Below are positions 16,346 to 24,401 of a DNA stretch of 64,000 bases, piece by piece. A program made the position numbers and the translations under genes. The DNA is taken from IMG/VR virus record IMGVR_UViG_3300043772_000843. One strand, written 5' to 3'. The DNA comes from an uncultured virus (IMG/VR IMGVR_UViG_3300043772_000843). Lineage: Duplodnaviria > Heunggongvirae > Uroviricota > Caudoviricetes. How positions within the stretch are numbered: the stretch's first letter is position 1; every line of letters starts with the position of its first letter. A model generated the notes under the pieces. It did no database searches and was not told where the DNA came from. It saw nothing but the letters and a program-made list of their open reading frames with translations.

Positions 16346-17025
16346 GCCTGCCTGGACCTTGGTCGTTCTCGTCTCTCAAGTCGTTCAAGACTTGTCCAAA
16401 AAAGTTTTTTGAGATCAAGGTCGCAAGAAACTACAAGGAGCCTGAGTACACCGAGGCCACGCTGTACGGGTCGAACTTTCACGAGGCAGCGGAGCGGTAC
16501 ATCCGCGACGGGGTGGATCTGCCCGAGGCGTTCAACTACGTCAAGGGCCAGCTTGACACGCTCCGTGCGCTGCCCGGGGAGAAGTTCTGCGAGTACGAGA
16601 TGGGGCTGACGAAGGACTTCGAGCCCTGCGGGTTCAAAGATCCGAACGTCTGGTGCCGGGGCATCGCTGACTTGCTCATCGTCAACCATGAGACCGGTGT
16701 TGCACGGGTCATCGACTACAAGACCGGCAAGTCGGCCAAGTATGCCGACACTGCGCAGCTCGAACTCATGGCCTTGATGGTCTTCAAGCACTTCCCGAAT
16801 ATCAAGAAGGTCAAAGCAGGACTGCTGTTCGTCGTGGCGAACTCGTTCAAGCCAGCGGTGTATGCCTCTGAGCAAGAGAAGATCTACTGGCAGCAGTGGA
16901 TGGCTGACGTCAAGCGTCTTGAGAATGCACACCGCACGGGTGTGTGGAACCCCAATCCTTCGGGACTCTGTAAGAGACACTGTGTGGTGATGTCTTGCCC
17001 GCACAACGGGCTAAATGGAGGTTGA
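16342..17025 (+). CDS. PD-(D/E)xK (RecB/Cas4-like) exonuclease
   Basis: WSFSSLK.F..CP, G..FH...E, RGIAD, IDYKTGK, QL, C-terminal Cys cluster. Confidence 0.9.
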   Translation: MSLPGPWSFSSLKSFKTCPKKFFEIKVARNYKEPEYTEATLYGSNFHEAAERYIRDGVDLPEAFNYVKGQLDTLRALPGEKFCEYEMGLTKDFEPCGFKDPNVWCRGIADLLIVNHETGVARVIDYKTGKSAKYADTAQLELMALMVFKHFPNIKKVKAGLLFVVANSFKPAVYASEQEKIYWQQWMADVKRLENAHRTGVWNPNPSGLCKRHCVVMSCPHNGLNGG

Positions 17026-17026
17026 A

Positions 17027-17293
17027 ATGCCTTACAAGAACAAGGCTGACCGCGACCATAAGAAGGAATACGCCGACTTCTTGGCGGATGGTGGACGTGC
17101 CAAGCAGTCCGAACGTCAGCGGGCGCGACGTGCTTGGGACAAAGAGAACGGCAAGGCGTCACGGAAAGGTAAAGCTCTCGACCACGTTACCCCCATCAAG
17201 GATGGTGGCAAGAGCAAGCCGGGGAACGTGAAGCTCAAGAGCTTCAGCGCAAACAGCGCACGCAATTTCAAGGGACCGAAGTCCGGGGGCTGA
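17027..17293 (+). CDS. Small basic HNH-like protein
   Basis: LDHVTPIKDGG...N......NSARN. Confidence 0.65.
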   Translation: MPYKNKADRDHKKEYADFLADGGRAKQSERQRARRAWDKENGKASRKGKALDHVTPIKDGGKSKPGNVKLKSFSANSARNFKGPKSGG

Positions 17294-17410
17294 CCCCGGG
17301 TTCTCCCTATACCGCCTAGCATCGCAAGGTGCTAGGCTTGTCCGCCCTTCGGGGCTCTGAGCTTGACGGACTTTGTCCCTCAAGCGGTTTCCGTTTGTCT
17401 AGGAGCGCAA

Positions 17411-17941
17411 GTGAAACAACATGTCATGGTAGATATCGAGACCCTTGGTACACGTCCGGGGGACATCATCCTGTCTATTGGCGCTGTGAAATTCAGCGTT
17501 GAAGAGGGGATCAAGGGCGAGTTCTATGTCACGATCAACACGGAGTCGTGTAAGGCGGCAGGCCTACGCGCACAGAAGAGCACCCTTGAGTGGTGGAGCA
17601 AGCAGTCTGATGCAGCGAGAGAGGCCGCGTTCAAAGGAGAGTTCCCGCTTGAGGTTGCTCTGATCAAGCTCGCGGTATGGATGCCCCCGCTGGAGGACGT
17701 AGTTGTGTGGGGCAACGGTGCCAACTTCGACAACGCACTGCTGGCCGCTGCGTACCGGGCTATCAAGCACGATACCCCTTGGCATTTCTGGAATGACAGG
17801 TGTTATCGGACTATGTCCACTATGTTCCTCAAAGATCGCATCGAGCGTATAGGTACCGGACACGTCGCGCTTGATGATGCCAAGACTCAGGCAGTGCGGC
17901 TGATTCACATGGCGAAGAAGAGCAAGATCACTCTGGAGTGA
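17411..17941 (+). CDS. DEDDh 3'-5' exo(ribo)nuclease, Rv2179c-like
   Basis: VMVDIETLG, WGNGANFD, RCYRT, HVALDDA. Confidence 0.85.
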   Translation: MKQHVMVDIETLGTRPGDIILSIGAVKFSVEEGIKGEFYVTINTESCKAAGLRAQKSTLEWWSKQSDAAREAAFKGEFPLEVALIKLAVWMPPLEDVVVWGNGANFDNALLAAAYRAIKHDTPWHFWNDRCYRTMSTMFLKDRIERIGTGHVALDDAKTQAVRLIHMAKKSKITLE

Positions 17942-17943
17942 CG

Positions 17944-19503
17944 ATGCAGATCATTGACGACAAAGCCCTGTTGTTGAAGCTCCGCAATCCACAGCGGGTG
18001 CTGAACACCATTCCGAAAAGCAAGTTGCTCGACGATGGTCATGTGCTTGTCCACTGGGGGCTGGATGAGGCGCGGGTGCTGAAGAACATCGGCATCAAAG
18101 GGGTGCCGTCCCCCATCGAAGGGCGCTACAAATGGCCGGGGCTTTACAAACCCTTCGACCACCAGCGGACGACAGCATCGTTCATGACGCTCCACAAGCG
18201 AGCCTTCTGCTTCAACGATCCGGGCACTGGTAAGACAGCCGCTTTCGCATGGGCTGCGGACTACCTGATGAACAAAGGCTACATCAAGAGAGCCCTCGTC
18301 ATCTGCCCTCTGTCAATCATGTCCTCAGCATGGCAGGCGGATCTGTTCAAGGTGGTCATGCACCGACGCGTTGACGTGGCCTACGGCGACCGGCGCAAGC
18401 GGGCCAAGATCATTCAGTCCGATGCCGAGTTCGTCATCATCAACTTCGACGGCGTGCAGACGGTGCTGGAGGAGCTGAAGGCCGGTGGCTTCGACCTTGT
18501 CATCATCGACGAGGCGAACGCTGTGAAGACCGCGACGACCAACCGGTGGAAGGCGCTCAACGAACTGATCACTTCCGACACATGGCTATGGATGGCAACT
18601 GGCACCCCTGCGTCCCAAGCACCGACCGACGCCTACGGCCTTGCCAAGATGCTGAACCCGGACTCGGTGCCAAGATACTTCTACGCTTTCCGTGACATGG
18701 TCATGTGGAAAGTCACGCAGTTCAAATGGAAGCAGAAGAACAACGCCGCCGAAATTGTCAACCGGGTACTCCAACCCGCCATCCGCTTCACCAAGGAAGA
18801 GTGCCTTGATCTACCAGAGCTTCTATACACCACACGGGAGGTAGAACTGACGCCACAACAACTCAAGTACTACAAGCTCCTGAAAGATCAGTTCATCATG
18901 TCAGCGGGCACCGAGACGGTGACGTCAGTCAACGCCGCAACCAATCTCAACAAGCTCCTGCAAGTCTCATCCGGTGCGGTGTACTCCGACGACGGCAACA
19001 CCGTCGAGTTTGACATCACTAACCGATACAACGTTTTGCTGGAAGCCATCGAGGAGAGCACCCACAAGGTGCTGGTCTTCGTCCCGTACCGGCATGCCAT
19101 CACGGTGTTGAACGAACGGCTCAAGAAGGACAAGATCGCTGTCGAGGTCATCGACGGCAGTGTGCCGGTGGCGCAGCGCACGAGGATTTTCGCCGCGTTC
19201 CAGACCGAGCCTGAGCCGAGGGTGCTGCTCATCCAGCCTGCGGCGGCTTCGCACGGCGTGACCCTGCACGCTGCCAACACGGTGGTGTGGTGGGGCCCTG
19301 TGACGTCAAACGAGATCTACCATCAGGCCAACGCCCGCGTGCACCGTGCGGGCCAGAAGAACCCCTGTCTCGTGGTCAGGCTGTGCGGCAGCGGCGTGGA
19401 GCGCAAGCTGTACGACTCGCTCGACGGCAAGACCGAGGACATGGAGTCCCTGCTCAACTTATATCGCGAGGAGGTGCTTGACACAGTCAAAGTTCAACCG
19501 TAG
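17944..19503 (+). CDS. SNF2-family helicase
   Basis: GTGKT, IIDEAN, TGTP, QANARVHRAGQ. Confidence 0.9.
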   Translation: MQIIDDKALLLKLRNPQRVLNTIPKSKLLDDGHVLVHWGLDEARVLKNIGIKGVPSPIEGRYKWPGLYKPFDHQRTTASFMTLHKRAFCFNDPGTGKTAAFAWAADYLMNKGYIKRALVICPLSIMSSAWQADLFKVVMHRRVDVAYGDRRKRAKIIQSDAEFVIINFDGVQTVLEELKAGGFDLVIIDEANAVKTATTNRWKALNELITSDTWLWMATGTPASQAPTDAYGLAKMLNPDSVPRYFYAFRDMVMWKVTQFKWKQKNNAAEIVNRVLQPAIRFTKEECLDLPELLYTTREVELTPQQLKYYKLLKDQFIMSAGTETVTSVNAATNLNKLLQVSSGAVYSDDGNTVEFDITNRYNVLLEAIEESTHKVLVFVPYRHAITVLNERLKKDKIAVEVIDGSVPVAQRTRIFAAFQTEPEPRVLLIQPAAASHGVTLHAANTVVWWGPVTSNEIYHQANARVHRAGQKNPCLVVRLCGSGVERKLYDSLDGKTEDMESLLNLYREEVLDTVKVQP

Positions 19504-19506
19504 ACT
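19478..19506 (+). promoter_or_regulatory. Sigma70-type promoter for the SSB/primase block
   Basis: TTGACA, 17-bp spacer, TAGACT. Confidence 0.7.
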
Positions 19507-19531
19507 TTCGATCCCAGCCACAGGAGGCCGC

Positions 19532-19942
19532 ATGGAACAGGACATCGAGGCACCTCAGGTGCCCACTGAGAAGCTCGTCAAGGCGTACATCAAGATGCGC
19601 GATGCGCGTGCAGCGCTCGCCAAGAAGTACGAGGATGACGACAAAGTCATCAAGGATCAGATGGAACTGATTGAACACGCCCTCATGGACGTGTGCAAGA
19701 AAGCGGGTGCAGATAGCATCCGCACCGGAGCAGGCACCGTGATTCGCGGTGTCAAGACGTCGTACTGGACTTCCGACTGGGAGTCTATGCACAACTTCAT
19801 CAAGGAGAACCAATCGCTTGATCTACTAGAAAGACGCATTGCTCAACGGGCCATGAAAGATTGGCTCGAAGCGAACCCCGACAAGATGCCCAAGGGACTC
19901 AACACTGAGTCGAAGTACACCGTGACCGTAAGGAGGTCCTAA
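19532..19942 (+). CDS. Conserved phage replication-region protein
   Basis: AGGAGG RBS; coiled N-terminus; YWTSDW...LLERRIAQ. Confidence 0.75.
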   Translation: MEQDIEAPQVPTEKLVKAYIKMRDARAALAKKYEDDDKVIKDQMELIEHALMDVCKKAGADSIRTGAGTVIRGVKTSYWTSDWESMHNFIKENQSLDLLERRIAQRAMKDWLEANPDKMPKGLNTESKYTVTVRRS

Positions 19943-19943
19943 C

Positions 19944-20912
19944 ATGTCTGAACTCACTCTCTTCCAAACCGGCAACCAACTGCCAGCACATCTGCGCCGC
20001 AGCACTGCGGATCTCAGCCCGCTGACCAAGTCGCTCATGGGCGGCGGCAACTCGAAGCGCATCAGCATCGAGAACAACGTCTGGCACATGCTAGTCGGCG
20101 GCAAAGAAGTCGCTGTCAACGAAGACCGGGCGATGAACGTCATCGTCATCCGCAGTGCAGATGCGAATCGCCGCACGTTCTACGGCACCACCTACGAGAA
20201 GGGTGTCAAGGGCCGTCCGCAGTGCTGGTCTGAAGATGGTGCCAAGCCGCACGCGTCGGTGAAGACCCCGCAGAATCGCACCTGTGCAGGGTGCCCACAA
20301 GACATCAAGGGCTCGGGGACCAACGAGTCGAAGGCGTGCCGGTACAGCCGCCCCGTGGCGCTGCTTCTGGAAAACGACATGCAGGGTGACATCTACGCGC
20401 TGAACATCAACGCGTCGAGCCTTTTCGGCCAGGGCGAAGGGCGCAAGATGGGCCTTCAGCAGTACGCTCGGTTCCTTGGCGGGCACGGGGTCGAGATCAA
20501 CGCTGTCGTGACCGAGATGCGCTTCGATGCCACGGCGAACATGAAGCTGGTGTTCAGTGCGGTGCGTCCGCTGACTGAAGAGGAGTACCGGATCGCGGTG
20601 GATCGTCAGAACGATCCTGAGGCGGTCAACGCGGTGACCGTGAGCATCGCTGACATGGACAACGTGCCTGCGGCACCTGAGCCTGCTCCTGCGCCTGCGC
20701 CTGCGCCTGCGCCTGCGCCCGCTCCTGCGGCCAAAGCGTTCACCCCTGCGCCTGCGGCCAAGCCCGCTACGTTCAAGGTCACCAAGGACGTGCCAGCACC
20801 CGCTGAGGCTGCACCTGTGGTACGCGAAGCCAAGGCCGCTACGCCTGTGGTGGCGGACGGCCCGAACGTCAACGCGATCCTCGCCGCATGGGGCGACGAC
20901 GCTGACGACTGA
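19944..20912 (+). CDS. Putative single-stranded DNA-binding/annealing protein
   Basis: PQCWS.DG, CAGCPQ...KACR Cys motif, Pro-Ala linker, acidic tail WGDDADD; position in replication cluster. Confidence 0.6.
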   Translation: MSELTLFQTGNQLPAHLRRSTADLSPLTKSLMGGGNSKRISIENNVWHMLVGGKEVAVNEDRAMNVIVIRSADANRRTFYGTTYEKGVKGRPQCWSEDGAKPHASVKTPQNRTCAGCPQDIKGSGTNESKACRYSRPVALLLENDMQGDIYALNINASSLFGQGEGRKMGLQQYARFLGGHGVEINAVVTEMRFDATANMKLVFSAVRPLTEEEYRIAVDRQNDPEAVNAVTVSIADMDNVPAAPEPAPAPAPAPAPAPAPAAKAFTPAPAAKPATFKVTKDVPAPAEAAPVVREAKAATPVVADGPNVNAILAAWGDDADD

Positions 20913-21012
20913 TTTACGGGGGCGGCGGTAAGCGCCGTGAGCAGTGTCCTTTGCTGAGTGTCTCCCACTGCGATAGCTCCGGGTTGCGCCGGGGCCGCCC
21001 CCACCACACACC

Positions 21013-21243
21013 ATGTACACCACAAAGATCATCCGGCGCAACGCCGACGCTGACCCGAGCCTGCTCGGTGTGCAGCTTGGTCGCCTGTGCATCTACAGGC
21101 ACGTCTCGGTGAACCAAGTGGTCGCAGACCTTGGCGTGACCAAGGCTGCGGTCTACTCATGGTTCTCGGGTCAACGGGATGTTTCCAAGCACTTGCGCTC
21201 CAAGGTCTTGGCGTATTACCGTTCGATCCTCGCCTTGCCCTGA
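21013..21243 (+). CDS. Cro/CI-type HTH regulator
   Basis: SVNQVVADLGVTKAAVYSWFSG. Confidence 0.8.
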   Translation: MYTTKIIRRNADADPSLLGVQLGRLCIYRHVSVNQVVADLGVTKAAVYSWFSGQRDVSKHLRSKVLAYYRSILALP

Positions 21244-21302
21244 CCGGGCACCCATGCACCGTCCGCAACGCTCGCCGCGTTTGTGGCTAACTCCGTGTCA
21301 CC

Positions 21303-24116
21303 ATGTCTCCAAAAGAGTTCCTTGAGAACGTCCTCCCACATGGCACGCGATACTCTCTCAGGCTAGTCAAAAAGATTCCGCTGAAAGACACCCTCGTTTG
21401 GGACCGTCGTTACACCTCCTTTGCCAACATGGCAGAAGCCGTTGAAGAGTTCAACGGTAACGGATGGGACGTGTACTACGCAACCGCTGGGTTCGGTGCG
21501 GAAGAGCACTCGAAGGCTACAAACGCAGTCGCCAAGAGGGAGTTTTACGTCGACGTGGATTGTGGGCCGAAAAAGCCCTATACCGACAAGGCCGCTGGCC
21601 TGTCAGCACTCCGTGAATTTTGCAAGACAGTAGGTCTGCCGAAGCCTACGCTGATTGACTCAGGCAATGGCCTGCACGCACACTGGTATCTCGACAACCC
21701 TATACCGGTGCATGAGTGGAAGGCGACAGCCGAAGCCCTGAAAGCCCGCTGCGTCAAAGAAGAGTTTGAAGTCGACGGTGACTGCACTGCCGACATCGTT
21801 CGGGTACTGCGTGTCCCCGGCACCCTGAACAGGAAGAACGACACGCCGGTCGTTCTGCTCACACCGATCAAGTATCACGCCTTCGAGTCCATCCGCGACG
21901 CAGTGGGTGTGGCCGCTGCTGACATGTTCGCCAAGGCCCGGGCATTGTCGGGCGGGGTCTCTGACGAGACCAAGAAGTTGTACATCGACCCGAACCGGAT
22001 CAGCAAGTTCGAGACGATCTGGATCAAGTCCAACAACGGCGAGGGCTGTGCGCAGATCGCTGAGGCAGCGAAGAACCAAGAGGCCGTGCCCGAGCCCGTG
22101 TGGCGTGCCGTGTTGTCGATCGCTCAGCACTGTGAGGATCGGGACTGGGCCATACATGAGGTATCCAAGAACCACCCGAACTACAGCCCGGACGAAACCG
22201 AGCGCAAGGCAGCACTGACCAAGGGTCCGTACACATGCGAGTCCTTTCAAGGACTGGACAACGCCAAGCTGTGCATTGGGTGTCCGCACATTGGCAAGAT
22301 CAAGTCACCGATTCAGCTTGGCTCCGAGATCAAGCTGGCACCGCCTGAGCCCATACAGGTCAAAGTCGAGAGTGAGACCATCGAGATCCCGCCATATCCA
22401 CGGCCATTCTCTCGGGGTGCTACGGGCGGTATCTATCACGACATCACAAAATCAGATGGAGTAGAACGCGTCAAGATATACGACCACGACATCTATATCT
22501 ACAAGCGGATGCGTGATGGCACTGGTGGTGGCGATACGCTGTGGGCTAGGCACCACCTCCCTCATGGTGACGTGCGAGAGTTCAGCATCCTCCAGAGTGA
22601 GATAGCAGCGGCGGACAAGTTCAAAGAAGCGGTGAACCGCGAAGGTGTCATTGCTTTTGACCCCCGTCAGTTGATGTCTCTACAACAGATGTTCGGTCTG
22701 ATGATCCGCGACTTGCAGTTCCGGGAGAAAGCAGACAACATGAGAACCCGATTTGGCTGGACCCCAGATGACACATTCATCATTGGGAACCGTGAGTACA
22801 CCAAGCGCGGCGTCATCTATACACCGATCGCCAAGCCCATCGAGCACTACGTACCGTGGCTGAGTCCCAAGGGTTCGATCGACGTGTGGAAGCAGGCCGC
22901 TGCGCACTACGACACGCCGGAGATGGACTTCCATGCGGCGGGGGTGCTCGCCGGGTTTGGCAGTGCGCTGATGCACCTATCACCGGAGAACGGCGGGATC
23001 ATCAACTTCTACTCGAAGAAGTCAGGCACCGGCAAGACGACCATCTTGCGCATGGCTAATGCGATATGGGGAGATCCTGTGGCTCTGATGAAGGATGCGC
23101 AGGACAAGACCCTGACCAAGGTGCACCGGCTGGGGGTGATGAACGGGATCGTTGGCGCTCTTGACGAGATGACCAACGCTGAGCCGACTGAGATGTCGGA
23201 GCTGGTCTACAACAACACACAGGGGCGCGGGCGCGACCGTATGGAAGCGGGGCGCAACATGGAGCGAGTCAATAACGTCCGTTGGAAGCAGATATCTATC
23301 TGGTCTAGCAACTCTACGATTGAAGACCGGCTGATGATGATCAAGAGCGATCCGGCTGGGGAGCTGGCCCGTATCCTTGAGATCCACCTCATGACACCCG
23401 TACCCTCTGATGTGCTGGAGACGAAGAAGCTGTTTGACAATTTGTTGATGAACTACGGCCATGCGGGTGACGTGTTCATGCGTTTTGTCATCCCTAACCT
23501 AGACGAGGCTAAGAGGATATGGGAGAACACACGGGACAATATTTACAAAATGGGGGACTGGACTCAGACTGAGCGGTTCAAACTCAACAACGTGATCTGC
23601 ATCATCGCTGCTGGTGCCATCACAAACCAGATCGGGCTGACCAGCTACAACATCAAGAGGATCTTGGATAAGCTCCTTGCGCTGATCAAGCGGGCGACGG
23701 TAGAACAGAGTGTGTCTGCGACTACGGCGGTGTCCACCGTTGCGTCTTATATCAACAAGAACATCCGCAACGTGCTGATTGTGAACAGGAAGCCTGCGGC
23801 GGTGGGCATCAATGACAGGCCCGCACTGGAGCCTATGGGTGAGTTGTTGGTACGGTATGAACCTGATACTGACACGCTGTGGATTACCAAGAAGGAGTTC
23901 ACCAAGTGGTGTGCACAGGCTTACATCAACGTGAAGGAGCTGTACTCCTCCTATACCCGTGAGACGGGTGGCACCATGACTCTGACGAAGAAGCGGATGG
24001 GTGCAGGCTGGCGCAGTGACTTCGGCCCGGTGGACGCGATCGAGTTCCCGCAGGCCAAGAAGGCTTTGAACCTTGACCTCGATGTCTCAGCGAACCAAGC
24101 AGCTACGTCTGGTTGA
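21303..24116 (+). CDS. Primase-helicase (RepB'-like primase plus DUF927-type ATPase)
   Basis: VDVD, SGNGLHAHW, RVLRVPGT.N.K, Cys cluster, GW motif, SGTGKT, LDEMT. Confidence 0.85.
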   Translation: MSPKEFLENVLPHGTRYSLRLVKKIPLKDTLVWDRRYTSFANMAEAVEEFNGNGWDVYYATAGFGAEEHSKATNAVAKREFYVDVDCGPKKPYTDKAAGLSALREFCKTVGLPKPTLIDSGNGLHAHWYLDNPIPVHEWKATAEALKARCVKEEFEVDGDCTADIVRVLRVPGTLNRKNDTPVVLLTPIKYHAFESIRDAVGVAAADMFAKARALSGGVSDETKKLYIDPNRISKFETIWIKSNNGEGCAQIAEAAKNQEAVPEPVWRAVLSIAQHCEDRDWAIHEVSKNHPNYSPDETERKAALTKGPYTCESFQGLDNAKLCIGCPHIGKIKSPIQLGSEIKLAPPEPIQVKVESETIEIPPYPRPFSRGATGGIYHDITKSDGVERVKIYDHDIYIYKRMRDGTGGGDTLWARHHLPHGDVREFSILQSEIAAADKFKEAVNREGVIAFDPRQLMSLQQMFGLMIRDLQFREKADNMRTRFGWTPDDTFIIGNREYTKRGVIYTPIAKPIEHYVPWLSPKGSIDVWKQAAAHYDTPEMDFHAAGVLAGFGSALMHLSPENGGIINFYSKKSGTGKTTILRMANAIWGDPVALMKDAQDKTLTKVHRLGVMNGIVGALDEMTNAEPTEMSELVYNNTQGRGRDRMEAGRNMERVNNVRWKQISIWSSNSTIEDRLMMIKSDPAGELARILEIHLMTPVPSDVLETKKLFDNLLMNYGHAGDVFMRFVIPNLDEAKRIWENTRDNIYKMGDWTQTERFKLNNVICIIAAGAITNQIGLTSYNIKRILDKLLALIKRATVEQSVSATTAVSTVASYINKNIRNVLIVNRKPAAVGINDRPALEPMGELLVRYEPDTDTLWITKKEFTKWCAQAYINVKELYSSYTRETGGTMTLTKKRMGAGWRSDFGPVDAIEFPQAKKALNLDLDVSANQAATSG

Positions 24117-24318
24117 CGGCAGGCTAGTGCACCGTGAGGCTGAGTACCAGCTCCCTGAGTGGCTGGAGATCGGGCAGAGCTTCTTCCTGCCCACACTCAA
24201 GAGCGATGAGCTGATCACCAAAGTCAAAGCACGTTACGCGGCGCGGGGCATTCAGGTGGTGCACGAGACGCGCATCGAGGCTGACCACCTTGGCATCAGG
24301 GTCTGGAGGGTGCTATAG
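24082..24318 (+). CDS. Small phage protein, paralog of 9905..10192
   Basis: IGQSFFLP...GIRVWRVL. Confidence 0.7.
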   Translation: MSQRTKQLRLVDGRLVHREAEYQLPEWLEIGQSFFLPTLKSDELITKVKARYAARGIQVVHETRIEADHLGIRVWRVL

Positions 24319-24366
24319 TCCCGCCCGTCAATGGCTCACACCGTTTGACTGTGCGTCTCCTAGTTA

Positions 24367-24401
24367 GCCCCGGGTTGAGCTTGCTCCTCGGGGCACTTTT
24401 T
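24367..24401 (+). terminator. Intrinsic terminator ending the + arm
   Basis: GCCCCGGG...CTCGGGGC followed by ACTTTTT. Confidence 0.7.
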
